From: Candidatus Babeliales bacterium
GTDB lineage: Bacteria > Babelota > Babeliae > Babelales > JANWKD01
NCBI GenBank assembly: GCA_963701665.1
Contig: OY969622.1
Coordinates: 832,001 to 896,000 of the forward strand
Length of the DNA: 64,000 bases
Direction: 5' to 3'
The notes below the pieces were generated by a model, which saw only the letters and a program-made list of their open reading frames with translations, was not told the origin of the DNA and made no database searches. Every line of letters starts with the position of its first letter. Within the stretch, counting starts at the first letter, position 1. Shown here piece by piece: positions 26,383 to 37,875 of the stretch. The translations under genes were made by a program, and so were the position numbers.

Positions 26383-28812
26383 ATGAACTATGATGAAACA
26401 AAACACATAACCGATGGGCCTATGGAAAATAGCACTCATTTAGCATTATTACCCTTAAAAAATGTCATTATTTTACCTAAAAGCATCCTTCCTATTATTG
26501 TAGGCAGACCGATCTCAATTCAGGCGGTTGAATATGCTTTAAAACATGATAAGTCTATTTTTATATCAACGCAAAGAGATTCAACGGTAGAGAATCCTAC
26601 TGATCGGGATGTTTATCAAGTAGGTATTCGAGCAACTATTTTGCAAGTTATGCGCATGCCAAATGGCGCATTAAAAATTTTAGTTGAGGGCATCTGCCGC
26701 GCACAAATCAAAATTGTAGACCAATCTCATTCCTTTATATGTGTCTACGCGCAAGATCTAACATCACAATATTCGGAAAAGACCGTTGAAATTGAAGCAT
26801 TATGGCGTGCGTTAAAAGAGCATTATGAAGATTATGCTAAAATTAATGAAAAAATTCCTCACGATTTGATGTCATTGGCAAAAACAATCGAAGATATGGA
26901 TGCCATTGCTGATACGATCGCCGTCCATATAAATCTTTCTTTTGACGAGCGCCAAGCGATGCTTGAGACGCCCGATTTAAAAGAACGGCTCATCAAATTG
27001 AATGCCCTCCTTCAAAAAGAAATTCAAATTGCGCAAACTGAACAACGCATAAAAGGTCGCATCAAAAGTCAGTTTGAAAAAAGTCAGCGCGAATATTATT
27101 TACATGAACAAATTAAGGCTATTAATAAAGAACTAGGCCGCGAAGATCAAACAGCAGAAATTGCACAGATTAAAGCTAAAATAAAAACATTAGGATTATC
27201 AGATGAAGCGAGTGAAAAAGTTGATAAAGAATTAAAACGCCTTGAACAAATGCCACCATTTTCTTCTGAAGCTGTTGTATCACGTAATTACATTGATTGG
27301 ATCATTTCCATTCCGTGGAAAAAACAAAGCAAAGATACTATAAGTTTAGAACAAGCAGAAAAAATTCTTAATAAACAACATGCAGGATTGCATAAACCAA
27401 AAGAGCGTATCATTGAGTTCATTGCTGCAAAGAAATTTGCCAAAACGATGGAACGATCACCTATTATTTGTTTAGTAGGGCCTCCGGGCGTTGGTAAAAC
27501 ATCATTAGGTCAATCAATTGCAAAAAGTTTAGGCCGTGAATTTGTACGTATTTCACTAGGCGGTATTAAAGATGAGGCTGAAATTCGCGGGCATCGCCGT
27601 ACCTACATCGGTGCATTACCCGGAAAAATTATTCATGCTATGAAAAAAGCAAAAACGGTTAATCCACTTATTTTGCTTGATGAAATTGATAAAATTTCTC
27701 GCGATGTTCATGGGGATCCTTCTTCTGCCCTTTTAGAAGTATTGGATCCTGAACAAAACTAAACCTTTGTCGATCATTTCCTTGATGTTGAATATGATTT
27801 ATCAAAAGTCATGTTTATCGCAACAGCAAATATGATTGAAGGTATTCCTTATCCATTGTTCGACCGTATGGAAATTATTACGCTCTCGGGATACACAGAA
27901 GCTGAAAAACTTGCTATTGCTCGACATTTCTTACTACCAAAAGGATTAAAAGAATATCATTTATCAAAAACACAATTTCGCATTCCCGACGATATGTTGG
28001 AAAAAATTATCAGCGAATATACAAAAGAAGCGGGTGTTCGACAACTTGAACGCGTGCTTACTAAATTAATGCGCAAAGCAATTCAAAGTCTTTTAAAAGA
28101 GCCAAAACAAGCAACTATTGTCGTCACTCCTGATCGCATACAAGAATGGCTTGGCTATCCTAAATTCAAAAAGACGCCACTCGATTTACACAAAAAACGT
28201 ATTGGTATTGCAACAGGACTTGCGTGGACAGAAGTTGGCGGTGATATGCTTGAGATTGAAGCAACGGTACTTTCAGGAAAAGGTGGACTCACGCTCACTG
28301 GCCAACTTGGCGAAGTGATGCAAGAATCAGCCTATGCAGCATTAAGTTATATTCGCTCACGCGCAAAAGAACTAGGATTAAAGGAATCATTTTATTCTTC
28401 AAAAGATCTTCATATTCATATTCCCGAGGGTGCAACACCAAAAGATGGTCCATCAGCGGGTATTACGATTTGCACTGCACTCGTTTCAGCATTAACAAAA
28501 AATCCAACGCGCGCAGATATTGCTATGACGGGTGAAATTACGTTACGTGGACGCGTGTTCTCAATAGGTGGTCTCAAAGAAAAATTATTGGCAGCAAAAC
28601 AACACTCTATTAAGACCGTGTTAGTACCTAAAGAAAACAGCGACGATCTTGCTGAAATATTAAAAGAAGCACCTGATCTTGGGCTCAACATCATTTTTGT
28701 TGAATCAATGGACGAAGTACTGACATATGCCCTTGAAAAAGATCCATTTGCCCATAAAAATACCCACAACGGCAAAAAAACGAAATCTAAATCTGCTAAA
28801 AAGAAAAAATAA
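26383..28812 (+). pseudogene. lon: ATP-dependent Lon protease interrupted by one in-frame TAA at 27760..27762 (nonsense allele or sequence error)
   Basis: Both ORFs are in the same frame and read [28 protein letters not shown]. Walker A GPPGVGKT and catalytic PKDGPSAG / IGGLKEK are intact. Confidence 0.9.
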
Positions 28813-28946
28813 ACTACGCCAACTACATTGACTCGCAACGACAATAAGATGTAGGTAATTTGTAAAACTTGCAATACCATGCTTTTTTTGATTACATTAT
28901 CTGCAGGTTTGATGTTCAATCTTTAAATCCCAAAAGGAGAATGGGT

Positions 28947-29345
28947 ATGAAAAAATTATTAGCGACATTATTATGCATCGGCGCCCTGGTCGGGCTTCCG
29001 GGTTGTGGTGGCAAGAAGTCCTACTACGACGAAAATCGCATGGAATGCCATGATGAAATGCAAGATGACGGCTCAATGAAAAGAGTTTGTTCAGATGGCA
29101 ACGTAGTTACCGTATACGAAGGTGTTGAAGGCAAGAGGGGTAAACATAGAGGTAAAGGCGAGAGAACAGTTCCTAATAAAGCTGTGATGGTAAACAAAAT
29201 GCTTCCAGAAGGAACACCGGTTAAACCTTGTGGTGGCGTCCCAGTATGGGAAGAAGTGGCAACAGAAGAAGTAAAACCGCAAAGAAGAGCATCACGCGGC
29301 CGCGCACCCCGTAAAGATATGATGCAAGAAATGGAAATGGAATAA
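28947..29345 (+). CDS. Hypothetical lipoprotein
   Basis: AGGAG RBS; MKKLLATLLCIGALVGLPG-C lipobox. Confidence 0.8.
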   Translation: MKKLLATLLCIGALVGLPGCGGKKSYYDENRMECHDEMQDDGSMKRVCSDGNVVTVYEGVEGKRGKHRGKGERTVPNKAVMVNKMLPEGTPVKPCGGVPVWEEVATEEVKPQRRASRGRAPRKDMMQEMEME

Positions 29346-29386
29346 CATCAGCTTAATTCATACTAAATTACCAATTGAGGAAGCGC

Positions 29387-30070
29387 TTATGCTTCCTCTT
29401 TTTTTTGCGCAATACGCTGCATAACCCATGCCAGCGTCTCTTCTCGTGTCATATGCGTTGTATCAAGAATAATTGCATCTTTGGGTACAACCAACGGGGA
29501 GTACTCTCTTTCTGAATCATTTTTATCACGTGTCTGCAAAAAATCTTTCGCTTCTTCTAATGAAAATCGAGCGCCAAGGTTGGCTTGATCGGCTTGCCAA
29601 CGTTGTGCGCGCACATCAAGAGAAGCGGTCACATAAAATTTGTAATCGGCATTAGGAAACGTCATCGAACCGCAATCACGCCCATCAATGGTGATCGATT
29701 TATATTTCTGTGCAAGTTCACGTATGTACTTGGTGATAGCAATGCGTGCTGCTTTATCGTTGCCTAGAAGTGATGAGGCTAAATCGATTTCTTTTGTTTT
29801 TAAACAATGCGTTATATCAACACTATTAAGAACAATAGTTACATTTCCTGTTAGAAGATCGTAGCAATAGGTGATTTGTTTAAAACAGTCTAAAAACTCT
29901 TCATCATACTGTAAGCGCTCGGGCAACACATGATAACGTTTCAATAAGCAGTAGGACAATCCTCTAAACAACATACCACTATTAATATAATAATAGCCCA
30001 AACGAACTGCTAACGCCTTTGCAAGAGTCGATTTACCACTTACTGATGGTCCATCAAACGTTATAATCAT
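29387..30070 (-). CDS. cmk: Cytidylate kinase
   Basis: ITFDGPSVSGKST, INSGMLFR, DGRDCG, RDKNDSEREYSPL. Confidence 0.95.
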   Translation of the reverse strand: MIITFDGPSVSGKSTLAKALAVRLGYYYINSGMLFRGLSYCLLKRYHVLPERLQYDEEFLDCFKQITYCYDLLTGNVTIVLNSVDITHCLKTKEIDLASSLLGNDKAARIAITKYIRELAQKYKSITIDGRDCGSMTFPNADYKFYVTASLDVRAQRWQADQANLGARFSLEEAKDFLQTRDKNDSEREYSPLVVPKDAIILDTTHMTREETLAWVMQRIAQKKEEA

Positions 30071-31806
30071 TATGCTCCTTGAGAATAAGCAATATCAACA
30101 CCCAACAGTTCAAGTGATACCATATCATTCCAATGATTTTCACTAACTTGTGCAGCTACTTTGAATGAGCGCTGTTCCCGCTCAAGCTGCATAAGTACCT
30201 CAAATAATTCAGGACGATTGAAAAAAATAAGTGGTTTAATGATACCGTGAGCAAATACTGAACATTTTACGTGCGCATCTTTTAACAATTGCGGTTTCTG
30301 CACGAGTGAAACATCGTCTAACAAAAATGTTGGTTGAGGGTTTTCACTGCCAAATGGCTGTAAATATTCGACATCTTTCATAAATTTGGTAGTCACGTCA
30401 GATAAATACAATCCTGCATCTATCGTTAATTTTTGTTTGAGATCTTCAGGCGTTAACAACGTTCTTATGCGTTGTTCGATATGGTGCTTAAGCGCGGGAA
30501 TATTATCAATGGGCAGTGAAAGTCCTGCTGCCACCGAGTGCCCACCAAATGTTGTTAATAAGTCGCGTGCATCATGTAAGGCATCAAACATATTGAAAGC
30601 AGAAATCGAGCGACATGAACCTTTTGCAATCCCATCACGCGTGATGTGTAACAAAATCGTCGGTTTTCCGTACGCACCAACAAGTCGTGATGCAACAAGC
30701 CCAATAACGCCCGGAGGCCATGAAGAACTCGCTGCAATAATACATAATTCATGATCAAGATCGATGCTCTTTTTTTCAATTTGCTCAACAACTTGTGTAA
30801 AAATAGAACGCTCAATATCTTTGCGCGCCTGATTGAGTTCGTAAAGCACTCGCCCTACTGAAGTTACTTCTTCAACATCAGTACCAATTAAAAATTTCAC
30901 ACCGTGTCGCGGATCTTCTAACCTACCTAATGCATTCAATTGCGGTGCCAACAAAAATCCAACATCCAACGATGATAACGTTGGTTTTTTGAAGTTGCCA
31001 TTCTGTTTGAGCACACGCAGTGAATTACTTTCTGTTCCATTCACATAGGTAAGGCCGTGACGCACCCAATATCTATTTTCGCCCGTAAGCGGCACAACAT
31101 CTGCCACCGTGCCCAATAAGAGTAGTTCATATGCTTTTGATGGCATTGGCAAACCAAGCTTTTCATATAACAACGTCATAAGCTTAAATCCAACGCCAAC
31201 ACCGGCAAATTTTTTATACGGATAAGGACAATCATGTTGATGAGGGTTAATAATGGCGTACGCATCAGGAACATGATCGTGCGGCCGATGGTGATCGGTA
31301 ATAATAAGATCTATTCCTAATTTTTTAGCGAGCGCAGCAGGCTCAAAAGCAGTAATGCCGTTATCAACGGTCATGATCACGCTATAGCCATTATCAAACG
31401 CGCGTTGCACAACTTTAGTCGAGAGTCCATAGCCATCATGCACGCGATGTGGCAGAAAAAAATTAACGCGCGCATCAAGTGGCGCTAAACAGATCATCAT
31501 TAATGCTGATGAGGTAATCCCATCAACATCATAATCTCCCGCGATTAATATTTTTTCTTTTTTGTGGATAGCCTCAATAATTCTTTCAACCGCGCGCGTT
31601 GCATCTTTAAGCATACTCGGATGTGCAACATGGTCCGGTGATGAAAATAAATAATTTTCAATCGCATCCGGCGTTGTATACCCTCGACCTACAAGGGTTG
31701 CAGCAACTGGTAATGAAAGATTATATTTTGCGGCAATCGTAAGGGCTTGTTGCTGATCAACGGAAGCGACACGCCATAGATATTTCGCACCTTGAATAGT
31801 GTTCAT
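30070..31806 (-). CDS. recJ: Single-stranded DNA exonuclease RecJ
   Basis: GDYDVDG, TVDNG, ITDHH, GTVADVVPL, GSCRS, FGGHSVAAG. Start placed at MNTIQG (uncertain). Confidence 0.95.
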   Translation of the reverse strand: MNTIQGAKYLWRVASVDQQQALTIAAKYNLSLPVAATLVGRGYTTPDAIENYLFSSPDHVAHPSMLKDATRAVERIIEAIHKKEKILIAGDYDVDGITSSALMMICLAPLDARVNFFLPHRVHDGYGLSTKVVQRAFDNGYSVIMTVDNGITAFEPAALAKKLGIDLIITDHHRPHDHVPDAYAIINPHQHDCPYPYKKFAGVGVGFKLMTLLYEKLGLPMPSKAYELLLLGTVADVVPLTGENRYWVRHGLTYVNGTESNSLRVLKQNGNFKKPTLSSLDVGFLLAPQLNALGRLEDPRHGVKFLIGTDVEEVTSVGRVLYELNQARKDIERSIFTQVVEQIEKKSIDLDHELCIIAASSSWPPGVIGLVASRLVGAYGKPTILLHITRDGIAKGSCRSISAFNMFDALHDARDLLTTFGGHSVAAGLSLPIDNIPALKHHIEQRIRTLLTPEDLKQKLTIDAGLYLSDVTTKFMKDVEYLQPFGSENPQPTFLLDDVSLVQKPQLLKDAHVKCSVFAHGIIKPLIFFNRPELFEVLMQLEREQRSFKVAAQVSENHWNDMVSLELLGVDIAYSQGA

Positions 31807-31895
31807 GTATTTGTTGTCTAATGTACGATGAGTAGTATTATATACTTTTTTAAGTGTACCGATGAACACAAAAAGTGCAATGAGCTCTGAGACGA

Positions 31896-33932
31896 TTAAA
31901 ATTCAAATTCGATATCTTCTAGATTTGGCTTTTTGAATTCTTTTAATATAAAGTTCTCGATGAGCGGTTTATTTGCTTTTAAGTTAAATTCCGTAATACC
32001 GCTCAATTGTATAAAATCTTTTTCTGTGTACAAGAAATTAAAGGTAGCACAGCTTCCCAAATTTAAACAACGAGCAACATCAAAGGTGGTTAAATCATAC
32101 TCTTCAATTAATTTTTTCAATGCAGCATTCTTTTGTGCTTGCGTCAACAGGCGGTCATCTTTTAAGAAGTTAAGATAAATAATGCGAGGCGCTCGACTAT
32201 TTTTAGGATCTTTAAATATATGAATCGTCGCATTTGATTGGTCATCAACCCGAACATATTTATAATCGTAAAACCGGCGTGCGTCATCAAAAAGTTTTCT
32301 CAGATCGGTCGTTGTATCGGCATTACTGGAAGCATCAAGTATAAACATAACATCAACCTTACGCTCCGGTAACAAGAGCGAACGACCCGGAATATTATAA
32401 TCAATACCGCCATCAACTAAGGTTATGAATTCACGTTTTTTTAACCATTCAGGAACTTCACTCATTCCCTTAAATGGATTGTTAACCTGTGCAGGAGAAG
32501 CACGCAACGCACCAAAAGAAGTACCCCCCATTACACTTACCAATTCTGCTGATGCGAGATATTTAATTTTTTCAAAAGCGCTTTGTCGCTTTTCTTGCTC
32601 AGCGATCTCTTTAAAGAATATGGTATTTATATCTTTCAAATTCACCGCATATGCTGAACCAAAAATTCCCATCAAAAAGCCTAAACTTTGTTCAGGCGCT
32701 ACTTCTTTTGCCACACCGTCTTCAAAAATGCTATTAAATGAGTATGCGGGAATAGCCAGATTTAACTCTAGATTACGCACATCAACAGGATTAAACTCAT
32801 ACCAATTATAAAGATATTGGTTATTTTCTTGTTTATGCATAGACACTGCCGTATAGATAGGAAACGGTTTTGATCCATCTTGAATCATAGACCATTGTGC
32901 AGATAAGTGTTGCTTTTGTCTTTGATCACCAAAATCTGCCAATAATGTTCTTGCTAATAAAGAACCATAAAGATCTATTGAACCAATCGGCTGATCAAAA
33001 AGGAACTTTGGCCACATAATATCATTAACCAATAACTTTATATCTGATTGTATGACTGCTCCTATATTTTTAAGATCGAGTTTATTGGCACGTAACTTGC
33101 CTAATAAGTTTTCTTTATAGTCTGCTACGGACAATTGCAATAACGTCCAAGGAACTAAAAACCAGGTCGAACCGGAAAGTGTTGCAGCATACATTGTTGC
33201 ATCTAATAACCCTGTATCAGACATCCCTTTAAAAAAACCAAGCGATGCAATCATTGCACGGTAGCCACCACCGCTACACGCAACACCTATAGTGATCGGT
33301 TTCTCTAATTGATTGTTAAAGAATTGCGCAAGTCCTCTTTTGACAAATGGCATGCGACGTGATCGGTATACTTCTTCATTATAGGAGAGGTTCGTATCTT
33401 TTTTTGCTTGTGCTTTATAGGCAGCAAGTGGGTTGCGAGATTTAACTTGTTCTTTAAAACTAGGAATCGCGTACTTATTCCAAATACTAAGCAATCCATT
33501 TGCAACGTTAGCAACCGTTAATTCTTTAGTAATCAATGCCAATCGATTATCAACTGCTGTTTTTAAGCGCGTATAATCCTCTGGCGCCATAGCTTTCTGC
33601 GCCTCAGCTAAAATATTAATTTCTTCTTTTTTTAATTCTTCAACGAGTTCTTTGATTTTTTTAAGGGCCCCTGCGTCAGGATTTTTTGACATTAAAGCAG
33701 TTTGAGCTGCTATTTTGCGTTGGGTTTCAGAGAGTTTCAATTTGAATGTATTAAATTTCGCAGGATCTTTGAACGGCACGCCATTAAATTGTTGTATAAG
33801 ACTTTCTACGGCAAGATTAAGCATTAAGTTATTTTCATTAACACCTTGAGAAAGCCATTCCCATGGTGCTGCATATATCATGAAAACAACGGAACTGACC
33901 AGAAACCCTGATACGAGCACCTTCTTATTCAT
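31896..33932 (-). CDS. Secreted cPLA2/lysophospholipase-B-like phospholipase
   Basis: SGGGYRAM oxyanion motif, TLSGSTW nucleophile, PFPIYTAV, WYEFNP, LVDGG catalytic Asp; N-terminal signal peptide. Confidence 0.85.
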   Translation of the reverse strand: MNKKVLVSGFLVSSVVFMIYAAPWEWLSQGVNENNLMLNLAVESLIQQFNGVPFKDPAKFNTFKLKLSETQRKIAAQTALMSKNPDAGALKKIKELVEELKKEEINILAEAQKAMAPEDYTRLKTAVDNRLALITKELTVANVANGLLSIWNKYAIPSFKEQVKSRNPLAAYKAQAKKDTNLSYNEEVYRSRRMPFVKRGLAQFFNNQLEKPITIGVACSGGGYRAMIASLGFFKGMSDTGLLDATMYAATLSGSTWFLVPWTLLQLSVADYKENLLGKLRANKLDLKNIGAVIQSDIKLLVNDIMWPKFLFDQPIGSIDLYGSLLARTLLADFGDQRQKQHLSAQWSMIQDGSKPFPIYTAVSMHKQENNQYLYNWYEFNPVDVRNLELNLAIPAYSFNSIFEDGVAKEVAPEQSLGFLMGIFGSAYAVNLKDINTIFFKEIAEQEKRQSAFEKIKYLASAELVSVMGGTSFGALRASPAQVNNPFKGMSEVPEWLKKREFITLVDGGIDYNIPGRSLLLPERKVDVMFILDASSNADTTTDLRKLFDDARRFYDYKYVRVDDQSNATIHIFKDPKNSRAPRIIYLNFLKDDRLLTQAQKNAALKKLIEEYDLTTFDVARCLNLGSCATFNFLYTEKDFIQLSGITEFNLKANKPLIENFILKEFKKPNLEDIEFEF

Positions 33933-34062
33933 AGAAACCCTTCATTAAACTCTACCCTTGAACATCTAAGAATAATTATAATGATTTATATTTCAGATGG
34001 TCAATAAATTGATTATAAAATATAGAATTTCCTCTGCGCAGAAAAGAAATTATAAACCAAAA

Positions 34063-34215
34063 TGTCATTGCGACCCTACTTCGCTAAGAGCTTCGAAGGG
34101 GTAGGCAACTTGTTCTACGAAGTTTTAACGAAGTAGAACCCAGATAATAAAATTAATTCCTTAAGGATTTATTAAAGTTCTGGTTCCCCGCGGCACTTCG
34201 TGCCTCGGGATGACA
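34063..34215. repeat. REP/MITE-like element with two nested hairpin cassettes
   Basis: TGTCATTGCGA...CTCGGGATGACA ends with the shared AT core. Confidence 0.85.
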
Positions 34216-34225
34216 GTTGGGAAGC

Positions 34226-35737
34226 TTAATGCTCTTTTTTCTTGAGCGTAGGGAAAAGAATGACATCTTTAATGGATGTTGTGTTAGTAACGATCATAGC
34301 AAGACGATCAATACCAATACCAACGCCAACGGTAGGCGGCAGTCCATATTCGAGCGCTAAAATATAATCGGCATCATAGTGATGTGCTTCTGTATCGCCC
34401 GCTTTATGCGCTTTTACTTGCTCATGAAAACGTTCTGCTTGATCAAAAGGATCATTCAGCTCATTAAATCCATTAGCAAGTTCCATGCAGCCAATAAAAA
34501 GTTCAAAGCGCGCTGCGATATTCGGATTGTTAGAATCTCGCTTTGAAAGTGGTGAAATTTCAATAGGATAGCCGATAATGAAGGTTGGTTGAATCAACTT
34601 TGGTTCAACAAAACGTTCAAATAAGGCAAAAATTTGTTGCGCTGCGCCTGCTTGTTTATTTTCAAGCGTAATATCATGCTTTTTCAACAATGAGGGAAGA
34701 TTTTTTTCTTGCAGGTCTTGTTCAGAAAAACCGCCAACTTCTATAACTGCTTGCTTGATAGTCATTTTTTTGAATGATTTTGCAAAATCAAGAACATGAT
34801 CACCGAAAGGAACCTGCAAATTCCCCGCGCTTTCACGCACAATGGTACGCAGTAGCTCTTCAACAAAAACCATGATGTATTCATAGTCTTTATTTGCCGT
34901 ATAAAACTCGAGCATCGTAAATTCTGGGTTATGGCGCGTTGAAATGCCCTCGTTTCTGAAGTTTCGGTTAATTTCATACACGCGTTCAATACCGCCAACA
35001 ACTAAACGTTTTAGGTACAATTCTGGCGCAATACGCATATATAAATCTTGGTGCAAGGCATTATGATGGGTAATAAATGGTTTTGCTGCTGCACCGCCTG
35101 GAATTGGATGCAACATCGGCGTTTCAACTTCAACATACCCGTGACCGTTAAGATATTCACGGATCGATTGTACTATTTTACTACGTTTAAGGAATTTTTC
35201 TTTACTTTCTGCATTGGTAATTAAATCTAAATACCGTTGCCGATATTTTATTTCTATATCAGTTAAGCCATGAAATTTTTCTGGCAAAGGATATAAACAT
35301 TTACTCAACAGTTCAAAATCATCAACGTGCAAAGAGATTTCGCCCATTTTGGTTCTAAAAGAATAGCCTTTGAACCAGACAATATCGCCGATATCAACAA
35401 AATGCTCGAGAAGATTGAATTTTTCATCACCAACAATGTCTTTTCTGATGTAAACTTGAACTCTACCACTTTCATCCTGTACATGGGCAAAAGCTGTTTT
35501 TCCATGCAAGCGGATGGTCATGAGGCGACCTGCAATCTCGTATTTTTTTTGCTGTGTTTCATCAAATTGTGCAACAACATCAGCACAACGAGCGGTTACT
35601 TCTTTTGCGGCAGGCCAAGGATTAATATCCTTTTTGCGTAATGCTATAACTTTTTCAATGCGGATTCGGTGCTCTTCAGAGTCATGGGCATCATCAACAA
35701 GATTCAGTAATTCTTCAACAGTGGCATTTTTATTCAT
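34226..35737 (-). CDS. lysS: Lysine--tRNA ligase (class II)
   Basis: YRQRYLDL, EVETPML, LRIAPELYLKRL-type motif, FRNEG, HNPEFTMLEFY, GIGIDRL. Confidence 0.97.
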   Translation of the reverse strand: MNKNATVEELLNLVDDAHDSEEHRIRIEKVIALRKKDINPWPAAKEVTARCADVVAQFDETQQKKYEIAGRLMTIRLHGKTAFAHVQDESGRVQVYIRKDIVGDEKFNLLEHFVDIGDIVWFKGYSFRTKMGEISLHVDDFELLSKCLYPLPEKFHGLTDIEIKYRQRYLDLITNAESKEKFLKRSKIVQSIREYLNGHGYVEVETPMLHPIPGGAAAKPFITHHNALHQDLYMRIAPELYLKRLVVGGIERVYEINRNFRNEGISTRHNPEFTMLEFYTANKDYEYIMVFVEELLRTIVRESAGNLQVPFGDHVLDFAKSFKKMTIKQAVIEVGGFSEQDLQEKNLPSLLKKHDITLENKQAGAAQQIFALFERFVEPKLIQPTFIIGYPIEISPLSKRDSNNPNIAARFELFIGCMELANGFNELNDPFDQAERFHEQVKAHKAGDTEAHHYDADYILALEYGLPPTVGVGIGIDRLAMIVTNTTSIKDVILFPTLKKKEH

Positions 35738-35955
35738 ATAACAGCTTCTTTAAAATTTTCTTTAGACGATCAGTAATAAGTATGGCGCTAGAATAGGTTT
35801 TTGACAAGAAAACTCAAGTATCCTGCACATGCTATTCTAGATCATCCTGAGGCATATCACCTCTACCATGATGGTAAACATTTACAAGAGTTCATGTAAT
35901 GTATTAGTTTAAAAACGTTATGGCATGATTCCTAGTCTTATACCAAAAAGAATCG

Positions 35956-36804
35956 ATGAAAAACAGCAGCTTTTTTTTATATTTTTTATTTTTTATTCAG
36001 TATTCCAGCTTTGCGTTTATCATCAATCCTCCTACAAAATCAACCAACCTTACGCCTTCAAACACGGTATTTATGTTTGATGTCGATGGCATACTCATCA
36101 AGCGAGGGTTTTGGGAAAATTGGCAGGAATATTGGCATATCATACGAGATTGTAATTTTTTTGATGTGTTTAAATTTTTAGGGTGGCACCTTTTACATTT
36201 ACCTTCATTAGCCAACAACCTCTATAATCGTGATATTGATCTCTATCTTGATGAGCTCGCTCAAGAGTGGCCATTCTTACAACAAGAAACTGCGCAAGGC
36301 ACTATACTCGCAAGAATTAAGCGTGCAATTACCGCGTCTAAGCCTCTAACGCGCATGCAAGAAATTTTACTCAATTTGCATGATCAAGGATATCCAGTTG
36401 CGCTTACAACTAATCAATCTTTTAGCACCCTGAAAAGAATTATAGATGTTGGCAATCTACCCGATTACTCCTATTATACCCTCATTTTTACTTCGGATCG
36501 CTGTAAACCTGATAGCCCTTTGCTAACAAGAAAACCTCATAAAGAATATTACCAATGCTTTAAGAAAATTCTGGCGCAACAAACCGGTCTCACCCCTTTC
36601 CATTACATTTTTATTGATGATACGTATAAAAATGTCGTCAATTCTGCAAAAGAGGGAATAATTAGCATTCATGTAAACAATTATGAACGTGATCCTGCTC
36701 AAAAGCTGATTGATGATTTGGCACAACTTGGCATTTTTATGCGCAAATCTCATGCAAAAGAAAAAGGCAGAGAAAAATTCCCTGCCTTAAATAAATTTTG
36801 TTAA
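35956..36804 (+). CDS. Secreted HAD-superfamily hydrolase
   Basis: FDVDGIL (motif I), TTNQ, RKP, FIDD (motif IV); signal peptide. Confidence 0.85.
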   Translation: MKNSSFFLYFLFFIQYSSFAFIINPPTKSTNLTPSNTVFMFDVDGILIKRGFWENWQEYWHIIRDCNFFDVFKFLGWHLLHLPSLANNLYNRDIDLYLDELAQEWPFLQQETAQGTILARIKRAITASKPLTRMQEILLNLHDQGYPVALTTNQSFSTLKRIIDVGNLPDYSYYTLIFTSDRCKPDSPLLTRKPHKEYYQCFKKILAQQTGLTPFHYIFIDDTYKNVVNSAKEGIISIHVNNYERDPAQKLIDDLAQLGIFMRKSHAKEKGREKFPALNKFC

Positions 36805-36820
36805 AAGCTCAAAAAATTTT

Positions 36821-37684
36821 TTATTTTTTTGAAATTAATGGTGTTTCTTTTGAATCTGTCAAATTTTTGTGATACTCACATAACTTATTATCTTTTTCTA
36901 AATCTTGAGCGATCGTTTTTAGCTCATTAGCACTTAAATAGCCATTATTTTTTAAAGGACTATTCTCTACTTCAAAAGTTATGCGTCTTTGCTCGGCAGC
37001 TTCATCAACACACCGAGAACATTGCGCCGCATAATGACCTTCAATATCCGCACGGCGTTCCATAAAATGGTGGTATTGGCTGCTTGTTAATGAAACTCCC
37101 GTTATTCCTGCTGCTAGTACACCAAGAACATGAACTACTTTAAACTTACCCTTGGGCTTAATTGCTTTAATCAACGCATGGGCACCATATGAGGAAGCTA
37201 ATAATGCGCATAATTCAAAAAAAGTATCACTTGCAAAATCGTGATACTTAATATGCACCGCTTCGTGTAATAAACCACAGCGCTGGGCACCATAAGTGCG
37301 TTTGCTTAATTTCTCTTCATTAACATAGATTGCATCAGATTCTGCATATGCTGCTCCACCTATAGTTGCATAGAGGCTTGACGGATTTACTTTCTTGACG
37401 GGCAACATGCGATCGTCCTGAACACCAACTTCAATCTGAGCTTTTCTACCAAGCTCTTGAAAATTATACGAAGCCGCCTCCTCGCCAATAGGTATAATTT
37501 TATGGAGGCGATTAGCCATTGGCTGCGTTACACAGCTATTAAAAGCATGCATCAATTTCGATTCAGAAATATACCCAAGAGTTTTATTGAATAGTGATTT
37601 TTTAGGTAACACCTCATGGGCATGTAGGTTTACACCCAACGTAGCAATGAGAGAAAACAAAAAAATTTGCTTTTTAAATTTCAT
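36821..37684 (-). CDS. Secreted zinc metalloprotease-like protein (M48-like)
   Basis: LLHEAVH (HExxH), two hydrophobic helices, then ERRAD; CSRC and C-terminal CEYH. Confidence 0.7.
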   Translation of the reverse strand: MKFKKQIFLFSLIATLGVNLHAHEVLPKKSLFNKTLGYISESKLMHAFNSCVTQPMANRLHKIIPIGEEAASYNFQELGRKAQIEVGVQDDRMLPVKKVNPSSLYATIGGAAYAESDAIYVNEEKLSKRTYGAQRCGLLHEAVHIKYHDFASDTFFELCALLASSYGAHALIKAIKPKGKFKVVHVLGVLAAGITGVSLTSSQYHHFMERRADIEGHYAAQCSRCVDEAAEQRRITFEVENSPLKNNGYLSANELKTIAQDLEKDNKLCEYHKNLTDSKETPLISKK

Positions 37685-37807
37685 GAAGTTGTTCCTTTCA
37701 CTTTATTTAAACGATATCCTATAGAAAAGCTTAACCAATTTATTAGTTTTCTCAACAAAATAATTTATTTTGTTTTTAATTTCTATAAGAATTTATTTAA
37801 TCACATA

Positions 37808-37834
37808 AAAAAGGCAAAGATTTCTCTTTGCCTT
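37808..37834 (-). terminator. Intrinsic terminator after the small peptide gene
   Basis: AAGGCAAAGA-TTTC-TCTTTGCCTT hairpin with a T tail on the minus strand. Confidence 0.65.
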
Positions 37835-37875
37835 CGTTGAATTAATGCTCAAAAAATGTTTATTTTTTGAATATA

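Noticed and set aside
27760..27762. Stop-codon reassignment explaining the lon TAA
   Set aside because: TAA terminates many conserved genes here at their expected ends (gyrB, lysS, rpsI, dnaJ).
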